64,000 nt of DNA from a virus (Duplodnaviria; Caudoviricetes): positions 53-64,052 of the IMG/VR virus record IMGVR_UViG_3300048086_000013. The stretch is one strand, 5' to 3'. The translations under genes were made by a program, and so were the position numbers. A model generated the notes under the pieces. The model ran no database searches, was not told the origin of the DNA, and saw nothing but the letters and a program-made list of their open reading frames with translations. Shown piece after piece: positions 39,007-46,831 of this stretch; the first letter of the stretch is position 1; each line of letters opens with the position of its first letter.

Positions 39007-39340
39007 GTTTGCCCTCCTTCCTGAATGCTGCCTCGGATACCTCTGCCGCCGTGCCGTTGATCATCGCGTCGCAAGCCTTGTCTAACAACTCGATGTTGGC
39101 GCAGGTCTTCGCCAGCTCTGCTGCGTTGAACGGCTCGTCGCTGCGAAAGACCACCCACTGCTCGATGTAGTCGCCGCTCTCAACACACTCCCAATACCTG
39201 TTAGCAATGATCTGCCGATCTCTCGAATCATTCTTAAGATCAGCCTCAATCGACACAGTCACGATGTGGTGCTTGAAGTAGAACGTGACGCGATAGTCCA
39301 GCTTGAACGCGGCTGGCTCACGTGGCTTCTTGTTTGACAT
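38993..39340 (-). CDS. Small early protein with a C-terminal MINGTAA motif
   Basis: Coupled ORF; start is either ATG 39340 or 39352. Confidence 0.55.
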   Translation of the reverse strand: MSNKKPREPAAFKLDYRVTFYFKHHIVTVSIEADLKNDSRDRQIIANRYWECVESGDYIEQWVVFRSDEPFNAAELAKTCANIELLDKACDAMINGTAAEVSEAAFRKEGKHGRA

Positions 39341-39530
39341 ACGGTATTCCAAACAGGTTGATGCTCGTGATCCGTTCCCGATTGAGCTTGAGCCACGGTA
39401 CGATCTCAGGCTCGCGTATCAAGATCGGCTCCTCGTGCAAGATGTTGCGCGTGCGTATGATTTCCTCGTCGGTTGCCGCACGGCTTAACTCCCGCATAAC
39501 GACTAGAAACTCTTCACGCCTTGTTGCCAT
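39318..39530 (-). CDS. Hypothetical early protein
   Basis: GAGG RBS, 70 aa. Confidence 0.5.
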   Translation of the reverse strand: MATRREEFLVVMRELSRAATDEEIIRTRNILHEEPILIREPEIVPWLKLNRERITSINLFGIPYVKQEAT

Positions 39531-40071
39531 GGTCCTCGATCTCCTTGTTGATGGCATCCTCGTCGACCTCATGCAACGTGTCAGGATCGATGCCCATCAC
39601 GGCATCGACGAGACGCGCGCCAGTCAACGTCGCATCGTCCTTGCACCGAAGGACATAGATGCGGCAGTCAACCTTATCGACCATGCGTAGATAGGCACAG
39701 CCCGTCATGGCATCGTCGTCGGTCTGGGATTCATTGGGCATGACGAGGATCGTTTGGAGTTTGTCGTTCTCCATCCTCTTCAAATAGCGAATGCCTTGAA
39801 CACTGGTGCGTAGCTTCTTTGCCAGCTCGTACCACTTGTTCCACTTCACCCTTTCAATGGGCAATGCCCAGATGAAGTCCTCTTGGTTCGGCCTGTGCCG
39901 GTCGGGGATTAGTAAAGTCACGGTGTCAGGGTCCTCGTTGTCAATGCCGTTACCGTACGGCGTAGATAGGCGGGCTTGGCCCGGATGATAATTTGTGTGT
40001 ACAAGCTCAATCCAATCAATGTTCCAGAATTGTGGCTCCGGGATTGGTACATGCGATGGATACAAGTGCAT
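39514..40071 (-). CDS. Hypothetical early protein
   Basis: Long open frame in a co-oriented array; start uncertain. Confidence 0.5.
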   Translation of the reverse strand: MHLYPSHVPIPEPQFWNIDWIELVHTNYHPGQARLSTPYGNGIDNEDPDTVTLLIPDRHRPNQEDFIWALPIERVKWNKWYELAKKLRTSVQGIRYLKRMENDKLQTILVMPNESQTDDDAMTGCAYLRMVDKVDCRIYVLRCKDDATLTGARLVDAVMGIDPDTLHEVDEDAINKEIEDHGNKA

Positions 40072-40097
40072 GTAGTCGCTACTAACAAGCAGGCACT

Positions 40098-40550
40098 TCA
40101 ATCTGCTCCGAAGGCATGAGCAATGACGATGGTCTCGTGACCTAACATCAGTGCACACGCAACGGCCTCCTTCATTCGCTCTGTCCCATGGCGCTTGACC
40201 CACGCGATGATGCAGACATCCTTGGCAGCGATCAGTCCTTCAGGCTGCATCCCAACTTTATAGACTGAGTGCCTAACACCCGTCGTGCCTAACTCCTCGC
40301 CCATGTGGCTCGGGCTCATCGTAGAGTTGTTGCAGTGGTATCGGTGTACACCGAAGCGCTCGTCCATGCCCTTCCAGCGATACTCCCCAAGCCCCATCAA
40401 CGGATGACGCGGCAGGTTCTGCATCTGGATGTTGTCCAGCCGCTGTCGCATCTGGGTTGCCGTGATGCGCGACTTACCGCCACCACGCATGCCGTACATG
40501 GTACCTAACACCCACTCCTTCTCAGCTTGCCTGTTCGGGTCATTAGCCAT
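40098..40550 (-). CDS. Hypothetical early protein
   Basis: ORF in a co-oriented array; palindrome at 40556 lies directly upstream. Confidence 0.55.
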   Translation of the reverse strand: MANDPNRQAEKEWVLGTMYGMRGGGKSRITATQMRQRLDNIQMQNLPRHPLMGLGEYRWKGMDERFGVHRYHCNNSTMSPSHMGEELGTTGVRHSVYKVGMQPEGLIAAKDVCIIAWVKRHGTERMKEAVACALMLGHETIVIAHAFGAD

Positions 40551-40628
40551 GGCGTTCACACAGTGTGTGATTGTGGGAGCACTGTTGGGCCGCGATGATA
40601 GTTGCGCACATCGCTCCCACCATGAATG

Positions 40629-41000
40629 CTACAACGAAGATGACACAAAGCTCGATGACGATTGCTCGCACGGACGTTCTCCCTTGCATGATAAAAGTAC
40701 GTAAGTTGTTCGGTGCGGATGCACCATGATGAACTGCGCCAAGGCGAGCTGAACATCTTCGAGAGCCTCGCCAAAGTACAGTAGATAGATCGTCTTGCTA
40801 GGCCATTTCTCCTTGGTGTCGGCGTCATGCCTTTCGTTCGGTAGGTGGTAGTACATCCCCTCCGTGGTGCGGTGCCTGAAGCCACGGCGCGTTGCTGCCC
40901 TAAGAGCTGAGTTGGATGTGCTCTTGGTCTCGAAGTTCGAGCCTTGAGCTTTCCACCACGTGTTGCAAGCTCGCAGCCTCTTATGCCGCTGCCCGCTCAT
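40629..41000 (-). CDS. Hypothetical early protein
   Basis: 123 aa, ATGA coupled. Confidence 0.45.
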   Translation of the reverse strand: MSGQRHKRLRACNTWWKAQGSNFETKSTSNSALRAATRRGFRHRTTEGMYYHLPNERHDADTKEKWPSKTIYLLYFGEALEDVQLALAQFIMVHPHRTTYVLLSCKGERPCEQSSSSFVSSSL

Positions 41001-41344
41001 GGCCGCGTGCGCTTGGTCTTGATCCGGCGCAGCGGATATTCTCGTGGCGTGTGTCCGACTGGTGCCTCCATGTTCAACTTGGTCCGGTCGTACAGCCCTA
41101 GCCTCTCTGTAATACGCATCATCTGGTGCGGCGCGTCCTGCTTCTCCAAGAAGATCAAGGCCCCCGCGCAGTGCGGCGTCTTGCCATTCGGTTTCTCAGT
41201 GAACTCGCCGGTCTCTTCGTCGAGATCGCACGCCTTGTGGCACGCGAACTCACCCGACGCATGTTCGATCAGCGACTGAAAGGGAAAGCCCGACCCTAAT
41301 AGATAGGGGCATTGATCGCACGGGGTCATGAGATTGTATTTCAT
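40997..41344 (-). CDS. Cys/His-rich conserved phage protein (DUF6283-like)
   Basis: PCDQCPY...FACH...HCAGAL. Confidence 0.65.
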   Translation of the reverse strand: MKYNLMTPCDQCPYLLGSGFPFQSLIEHASGEFACHKACDLDEETGEFTEKPNGKTPHCAGALIFLEKQDAPHQMMRITERLGLYDRTKLNMEAPVGHTPREYPLRRIKTKRTRP

Positions 41345-41727
41345 CTTTCATCCCCCCGTGCCTTACGTTCGAGCGTCTGAAGCCGCGTGTCCATGGCTCC
41401 CAACGCCTGCCGCAAACGCCATGGATTGAGAACATCCACGTCGAAGATCGGCTGCGTGTGTTCCAGATGCTCCATGGCCTTCTCGACCGCATTCTCCACG
41501 ACGGCCTCGTACTTGGAGTTGGTCTGCACCATGGGCAGCTCGCGCGTGGGTGAGCCCGCTTGTGGCACGGCCAAGAACGGAACCGGTGGCAACGTGTGCA
41601 CAGGCGGCTCCGATGATAGTGCGTCGTGCAACGAGCACGAACTTGTTAGCTCAAACGAAGCATCATGCCCCTCACGTTTGCGATGCTCGAAGTAGCAACC
41701 GCAGTCGAGTGTGTAAGATTTGATCAT
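41341..41727 (-). CDS. Hypothetical protein
   Basis: CGC...C..H near the N-terminus; coupled ORF. Confidence 0.5.
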   Translation of the reverse strand: MIKSYTLDCGCYFEHRKREGHDASFELTSSCSLHDALSSEPPVHTLPPVPFLAVPQAGSPTRELPMVQTNSKYEAVVENAVEKAMEHLEHTQPIFDVDVLNPWRLRQALGAMDTRLQTLERKARGDER

Positions 41728-41966
41728 GACGCATGCTCCTGTTGGCCCAGCTTCTGCCAAGCCTCGTTGCCTTTGTTAGCCTTGCGCGGCGGGCGAAGAC
41801 GCTGATCGTCTCGCCGAATCCCCACTCGATCACACAACTTATAGAAGTGTGAGCGGTTCACGCCTACAGACTGCGCGGCTTTGATCATGCTGCCTTCGCT
41901 GGCAATGATCGCAGCCGTGATGAACTCTTTCTGCCATTCGAGCAGTGCTTGCTTGTATGTTTTCAT
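41724..41966 (-). CDS. Fis-like helix-turn-helix protein
   Basis: I.AA....EGS...AA..VGVNRS.FYKL matches the HTH_8 pattern. Confidence 0.7.
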   Translation of the reverse strand: MKTYKQALLEWQKEFITAAIIASEGSMIKAAQSVGVNRSHFYKLCDRVGIRRDDQRLRPPRKANKGNEAWQKLGQQEHAS

Positions 41967-41991
41967 GGATGTCTCTTTCCCAGTTGGGTTG

Positions 41992-42660
41992 TTAGGAACG
42001 ATTGTGTTTGCCCGTGCCATTGTGGCCGTGGCCCTTGTGATGACGCCAGTGTTGGTAGAACGCATAAGCAACCGGGCCTGCGTGCCTCAGTGCCCGCGAG
42101 ACCACGAACCATTCAGAGTGGGTGATGAAGATGTCGTAAGGCGCGCCGCGCTGAGATAGGCCCTTCGCGTTGTCAGCGAGCACGCGCAGATCGGCCAGCT
42201 CACGGTCGTACGCCTTGATGTCGTGCTCGTTGCACGCACGGAGCCGCCGTCCCTTGGCCTCTGCGTGCCAAGCACTCAGTGCCACGCAGTACGCACCGAA
42301 GTCGCCGTGCGCGAGTCGGTAGGCCGGATACACGGTGGTGTTCTCGGGCTCGAACCTGCGACGCAGTGCTGGCAGGCGTTCGTCGGCGCCCTTGGTCCTA
42401 TACAGCTCGTTGCTTGCCACAATCATGCTGCCAAGGTTGTCGGTGGACTGGTTCTTGTAACCCCACGCGGCCAGTTCCTTGCTGCGTTTGGCAATCATGT
42501 CGTGCATCTTGTTGGCCACGTCACGTGGGATGCGGGCTTTCCCATTCACATACAGGCTCACCATGGGTGGTGAACGTCCGAGTGCCTTAGCCACGGTGTG
42601 GTAGCTGCGTTTGAGCGCGCCGCACATGGCGACGAACTCGCTGGAAGTCATGTCGCTCAT
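41992..42660 (-). CDS. Protein with an N-terminal XRE-like HTH
   Basis: EF.....L.RS...VAKALGRS..MVSLY.NGK..IP. Confidence 0.65.
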   Translation of the reverse strand: MSDMTSSEFVAMCGALKRSYHTVAKALGRSPPMVSLYVNGKARIPRDVANKMHDMIAKRSKELAAWGYKNQSTDNLGSMIVASNELYRTKGADERLPALRRRFEPENTTVYPAYRLAHGDFGAYCVALSAWHAEAKGRRLRACNEHDIKAYDRELADLRVLADNAKGLSQRGAPYDIFITHSEWFVVSRALRHAGPVAYAFYQHWRHHKGHGHNGTGKHNRS

Positions 42661-43177
42661 CTCTTTTCGGCCCATAACGTTAAACCTCACTGTTATTACA
42701 TTTAGTTTCGCGTCTGGTTATATAACATCTTTAACTTGAATATGGAAGTGTGTAATGCGGCGCTCCGCAATTCCAGTCAAAATGACCATCTGGAATGAGA
42801 CGCCCAGACAGATCATCATGTTGTGAGATCATCTCATCATATCCAGTTTAGTTTGGGTATTAAGACGCACAGCACTAGGTGCCAAGGTGCCTTGGGTCGG
42901 CACGTTGGCTGGCTCTCACAAAAACGCTAACACACCTCATCTCTACCTAACTTAGATATGATGAGATGAGAGAGTAAGTATATAAGCCTGTTGAGCGTCT
43001 CATTTCTCTTCATATCTGTGTTTGGTGGCAGCCAGCCGCGCGGCGTACGTGCTGATGATAGTGACTTTGTTTCATAACAGACGCGCTCACAACACCTAGG
43101 CACAATGGCTCTCCGTGCTGGCGGCATCACACACTGTGTGAATCGTGTTGCCAGCGTGATTAATAGATCGTGTGGGC

Positions 43178-43207
43178 AAAAGAAAAGGGCCGGAACAACT
43201 CCGGCCC
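43178..43207 (-). terminator. Rho-independent terminator
   Basis: On the - strand: GGGCCGGA-GTTGT-TCCGGCCC followed by TTTTCTTTT, just after the 43232-43771 gene. Confidence 0.8.
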
Positions 43208-43231
43208 CTTGTGTGCTCGATCACGAGACGA

Positions 43232-43771
43232 CTACGCGTCGAGCTTCACGCCGAGTTTCAGGCCCAACATCGCCGCCGCGTTGATAATCGCTTCGCGCTT
43301 GCGCGGCGACGCTTTGAACCACGCCTTGAGAGCACCGGCACAACGGCCTTCCGGCGTTCCCGTGGGTTTGCCATTCGCTTCGAAAGCCGCTTTCACACAC
43401 TGTGTGACCGACTTGCCTTTTGCTAGGCCGCGCGCGAGCTTCATGGAATTGTGCCACGTACAGCCTTTGGCCTTCGCGCGGTAAGCTTCGATTGCGTCGG
43501 GTAGTTTGTCCGCCGCTTTCAGAACAATCCGCACTTCGCTTTCGCGAGCCTTCGCGCTGTCGCCCTTCCAGCCCTTCGCTCTGGAAATATCCGTCACGAC
43601 GGCTTTGCAATCCGCGTCACTCATCGCGTTGCCCTTCGTCGCCCGAGACACTACGTCACACACTGTGTGAATCAGTCCCCCGGTATTTTCCGCCGTGTTG
43701 AGAGCGGCGACGAATGCAGACACGATGGCACTACGTGCCGAAGTAGATAGACCAGTTGATACAGCTTTCAT
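43232..43771 (-). CDS. Hypothetical Ala/Lys-rich protein; monocistronic; contains two internal palindromes
   Basis: 179 aa, AAAGGTG RBS, own terminator. Confidence 0.7.
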   Translation of the reverse strand: MKAVSTGLSTSARSAIVSAFVAALNTAENTGGLIHTVCDVVSRATKGNAMSDADCKAVVTDISRAKGWKGDSAKARESEVRIVLKAADKLPDAIEAYRAKAKGCTWHNSMKLARGLAKGKSVTQCVKAAFEANGKPTGTPEGRCAGALKAWFKASPRKREAIINAAAMLGLKLGVKLDA

Positions 43772-43918
43772 GTTTCACCTTTGATTGTGAGAGAGGTTTC
43801 TCATATAACGCGAGTGGGGAAACGCAGGCACGCGGTCACGACGCGCCGCCGACCCCCGGTGGGGATCAGGCCAAGGGGGCCGTGCCTCCGGGTCCTCTTT
43901 AGCCCAAACGTCGGCACG

Positions 43919-43952
43919 TTGACAAAAAATCAATAAGGCACATAATGCGCCC
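43919..43952 (+). promoter_or_regulatory. Sigma70-type promoter, apparently leaderless
   Basis: TTGACA-N16-CATAAT-N6-ATG. Confidence 0.65.
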
Positions 43953-44177
43953 ATGAATCATTTTCGAGACCGCTCCCTCGACGCAATGGCCGAGAGAATT
44001 ATCCTCACCGCCACTGCGATGGGAATCAGTGACGAGCGCGCGGCACAGGAAATCTTCAGCGGGCTACCATCTGATCACTACCTGCTGCGCGACTACTGGG
44101 CACGGCGTGCCTTGATGGATCGCGTGAAAGACGAGCGCTCCGGAATCGAAGCAGAAAAGTACCGGCAGCTTTTATGA
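43953..44177 (+). CDS. Hypothetical early protein
   Basis: 74 aa, directly after the promoter. Confidence 0.6.
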   Translation: MNHFRDRSLDAMAERIILTATAMGISDERAAQEIFSGLPSDHYLLRDYWARRALMDRVKDERSGIEAEKYRQLL

Positions 44178-44455
44178 CCCCCACCCTCAAAGATGTCGAG
44201 AACGGGTTCGTACACCGCGAAGACATCGCCGCCGTGAACGCGATCCCACAAGAAGCTATCGACTTGGCGGCACTGAAAGCCATCTTCTTCAACGCAGATT
44301 CCCACGGGTTCTATCCCCACGGAGACTTCTCGGAAGAACTCGCCGACGAATATGGTATTTATGGCAGTGACCGATCAAATGGTTCTACCTTGCGGGTCCT
44401 CGTTGCCCTTCGAGTCAGGAACGCAATCAGAAAATTTCTGGACAGACCAGATTAA
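44174..44455 (+). CDS. Hypothetical acidic early protein
   Basis: 93 aa, ATGA coupled. Confidence 0.55.
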   Translation: MTPTLKDVENGFVHREDIAAVNAIPQEAIDLAALKAIFFNADSHGFYPHGDFSEELADEYGIYGSDRSNGSTLRVLVALRVRNAIRKFLDRPD

Positions 44456-44474
44456 TCACACACATACTCCGCCC
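44439..44474 (+). promoter_or_regulatory. Sigma70-type promoter, apparently leaderless
   Basis: TGGACA-N18-CATACT-N6-ATG. Confidence 0.5.
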
Positions 44475-44657
44475 ATGAAAATCAAATCCCAAGAAAAAAT
44501 CATGCACGCCGTGGCTAACTACTTACAAGCCGCATTACTCACCCCGCCCCACTCCATCGGCGATGGGATCGATGCCCTCGTGCCGCCGCCTAACAAGGCG
44601 CTTGAAATGCTGCACCGGGTGCACACCGAGGTTCGCGAAGATGAGTTCGGTCAGTAA
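44475..44657 (+). CDS. Hypothetical 60-aa protein
   Basis: ATG directly after the promoter motif. Confidence 0.5.
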   Translation: MKIKSQEKIMHAVANYLQAALLTPPHSIGDGIDALVPPPNKALEMLHRVHTEVREDEFGQ

Positions 44658-45000
44658 CGCAGCGTTCGTCTCTCCTGTCGTGGCGATTACGCCCGAGATG
44701 GAGGCTTTCTTCGTGGCGCTCTTGTTAGACCATGGCACCGCGCCGAGTCCTGAGCAGTATGGGTTCGAGCGGCATAAGATCAGTACTGAGATCGCCAAAC
44801 TTATTGATGGGCATCCGGCCTGCCCGCCGATCACCCTCAAGATCAAACAATCCATCAAAGAGCTGGGCGGGAAAGTCACGGGGCGCCAGTCCGTCAGCCG
44901 GGACAGCGACGACTGGGTGTACTTCACTTTGAAATTGGCGGATGCCTACCTCGACTGGCTCTATGCTGCTGGAAGGCTCCGTGAAGCACGCGGTTTTTGA
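44641..45000 (+). CDS. Hypothetical protein
   Basis: ORF in the + strand array, GAGG upstream. Confidence 0.5.
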   Translation: MSSVSNAAFVSPVVAITPEMEAFFVALLLDHGTAPSPEQYGFERHKISTEIAKLIDGHPACPPITLKIKQSIKELGGKVTGRQSVSRDSDDWVYFTLKLADAYLDWLYAAGRLREARGF

Positions 45001-45298
45001 GCACTGGACCGACGAGCATGACTACACCCACAATGCGACGGATCAAGCCGCGCAGTTCTATTGCATGACCGGCCAATGGGCCGATGAAATGGATGGAGGC
45101 GCGCCGCGTGAGGAACTCGAAGACTTCTATCTACTTGTGGCGCTCAAGCTGGGCAGCCCCGACGAAAGCCGGTGGATCGAGCGCAACGCGGTGGCGTTCT
45201 ACGCCATGTGGGATGAGTGGAACGGTACGCGTAACACAGGGGCCGTGGTGCTCGTGCAGTATCTGCTCTGGTACCAGCGTGACAAGCCGCAGGATTGA
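44981..45298 (+). CDS. Hypothetical acidic, Trp-rich protein
   Basis: GTG start with GGAAGG upstream. Confidence 0.45.
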   Translation: MKHAVFEHWTDEHDYTHNATDQAAQFYCMTGQWADEMDGGAPREELEDFYLLVALKLGSPDESRWIERNAVAFYAMWDEWNGTRNTGAVVLVQYLLWYQRDKPQD

Positions 45299-45329
45299 CA
45301 GGCATGTATAAGAGGCACATAGTCAGCCC
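45295..45329 (+). promoter_or_regulatory. Sigma70-type promoter, apparently leaderless
   Basis: TTGACA-N17-CATAGT-N6-ATG. Confidence 0.65.
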
Positions 45330-45821
45330 ATGTTGAAATTAAAGCCCGTCACGGATGCCATGCGATCTTTCTGGCGTCGCCATATGAGAGCGTTCGCGCC
45401 GAACTGGCAGATCATTGCTGAAACCTACGTCAAGACCGGCGACCGCATCCACGCCGTCACCGAGAAAGAAGTCAGCGCTGCCGCAGCCATTCTTGAGAGC
45501 GCGTACACGATGTCGGAAGACATTCCGTATGACCAACTCATCGCGTTGTCCATGACCCGCGCCGAGCTGCACGCCTTTGTTAGTTACATGCGCCAGCTCG
45601 ACACAGCTTATCGCACGCAGGCGGAGTTCCTCGCGAAGAACATCAAGACTGGGCCATTAGGTGGGAAGCATTATGAATTCAAAACAACTGAAGAAGCTGC
45701 GCAAGTTAGCCCGGAGTGTTACGAGCAGCTTACCGGACAAAGCGCACGGCAAGCAGCATCACGGCAACGTGATCAACAATCTCCAGTCCACGCGCGGGAC
45801 GTACCGGTGGCTCAAGAATAA
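45330..45821 (+). CDS. Hypothetical protein
   Basis: 163 aa, directly after the promoter. Confidence 0.55.
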   Translation: MLKLKPVTDAMRSFWRRHMRAFAPNWQIIAETYVKTGDRIHAVTEKEVSAAAAILESAYTMSEDIPYDQLIALSMTRAELHAFVSYMRQLDTAYRTQAEFLAKNIKTGPLGGKHYEFKTTEEAAQVSPECYEQLTGQSARQAASRQRDQQSPVHARDVPVAQE

Positions 45822-45987
45822 CGCGGGGTTGTTAGGTGACGGACGGGGAACTCTTCACACTCATCGCGCTGGAGTGCGGGCGCCAACCGATGGTCGCATC
45901 GAGGGGCGGGGGGAAGGGACCCCCGATGCCGGGAACAACACTGGAGTGGCTTCAGCGGTTCACCGAGGTCTGCACGGTCGCCGGTAG
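45673..45987 (+). CDS. Basic hypothetical protein
   Basis: MNSKQLKKLRKLAR...STRGTYRWLK; GGGAAG upstream; overlaps both neighbours. Confidence 0.35.
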   Translation: MNSKQLKKLRKLARSVTSSLPDKAHGKQHHGNVINNLQSTRGTYRWLKNNAGLLGDGRGTLHTHRAGVRAPTDGRIEGRGEGTPDAGNNTGVASAVHRGLHGRR

Positions 45988-46123
45988 GAACTTCACATTC
46001 GATTGGCAAGTCGGCGAACTTCGCGAAAGATACAGGAGCTGGTATGAGTCTCAGGCACGTGATCAAGGAACTTCGGAATCTCACCTACAACGAGATGATG
46101 GAGTTGGCTCAGGCGCTAGATAG
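45836..46123 (+). CDS. Hypothetical protein
   Basis: 95 aa, GTG start. Confidence 0.35.
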   Translation: MTDGELFTLIALECGRQPMVASRGGGKGPPMPGTTLEWLQRFTEVCTVAGRNFTFDWQVGELRERYRSWYESQARDQGTSESHLQRDDGVGSGAR

Positions 46124-46415
46124 GGAGATCGAGAAGAAGACTGGCTCGACCGAGCAGCCGAACGTCATCGCGGAGATTCTCGCCAAGCTGAACATCGTGA
46201 CTCCGGAACTCTCCGACGTTGAGAAAAACGAGGCCAAGTTCCTTCAGGAAATCTTCAACCGGAAGAGGTCGATCACGGTCAAGTGGGATAAGGGTTTCGC
46301 AGTGAGCTGCGATTCTCTTCCGGCCGGTGGCGTGGTTGGCGTCGACCTGCGGCCGATGTTCGGTCAGTTGTTAGATCAGCTCGTCACGATGCACGCACTT
46401 CAGAGGATGAAATGA
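46044..46415 (+). CDS. Hypothetical protein
   Basis: 123 aa, AGGAG RBS. Confidence 0.6.
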   Translation: MSLRHVIKELRNLTYNEMMELAQALDREIEKKTGSTEQPNVIAEILAKLNIVTPELSDVEKNEAKFLQEIFNRKRSITVKWDKGFAVSCDSLPAGGVVGVDLRPMFGQLLDQLVTMHALQRMK

Positions 46416-46591
46416 ACAAGACGCTCGAAACCAAGCTCGCGACGATGATGCACTACCAGTACGAGCTGCGCGCCGGAAGGCAGCGCGAGAACGACCGGGT
46501 ATTCCAGAAGATGCTCGACGATCCCGAGATCGCTGAGTGGATGGATCAGATGAGCAAACAAAACTGCGTGGACTTCACGCGGTTCAGTTGA
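46412..46591 (+). CDS. 59-aa hypothetical protein (below the ORF-track cut-off)
   Basis: GAGG RBS, ATGA overlap, MNKTLETKLATMMHYQYELRAG...FTRFS. Confidence 0.55.
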   Translation: MNKTLETKLATMMHYQYELRAGRQRENDRVFQKMLDDPEIAEWMDQMSKQNCVDFTRFS

Positions 46592-46599
46592 GAGGAACC

Positions 46600-46773
46600 A
46601 TGGCAAGGCAAACTATTGGCGGTGCGCGACGGCACGTGATCCTGAGCAAGCCTCAGGAAAAGCGGCTGCTCCAGCTCGCCAGCGAGACGCAGATCACTCC
46701 TTCGGAGCACATTCGGCGTGCAATCGACAGCTACTTCAGGTTGTTAGATGTGGCTAAGGCGCGCTCGAAATAA
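46600..46773 (+). CDS. Ribbon-helix-helix DNA-binding protein
   Basis: RRHVILSKPQEKRLLQLASETQITPSEHIRRAID pattern; GAGGA RBS. Confidence 0.7.
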   Translation: MARQTIGGARRHVILSKPQEKRLLQLASETQITPSEHIRRAIDSYFRLLDVAKARSK

Positions 46774-46800
46774 AAAAGCCGCCCGGTTGAGGGGGCGGCT
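46772..46800. terminator. Hairpin with an upstream A-tract (possible terminator or insulator before the glyco cluster)
   Basis: AAAAA-AGCCGCCC...GGGCGGCT. Confidence 0.4.
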
Positions 46801-46831
46801 GAAAGTAGAGACATCCGGGAGGGAGAGTACC

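Noticed and set aside
42927-43130. 67-aa minus-strand ORF in the non-coding gap
   Set aside because: No RBS, atypical composition, overlaps regulatory repeats
31869-43670. Palindromic repeats as a CRISPR array
   Set aside because: The copies are only 15 bp, irregularly spaced hundreds to thousands of bases apart and often intragenic; the Cas4-like gene is an ordinary replication exonuclease
44174-45298. Acidic early ORFs as Ocr-like DNA mimics
   Set aside because: The acidity is moderate and no motif supports it; needs structure prediction
20017-46773. Lysogeny module, suggested by the HTH genes, operators and Leu762 PolA
   Set aside because: No tyrosine or serine recombinase, ParA or protelomerase motif was recognised; lifestyle cannot be called
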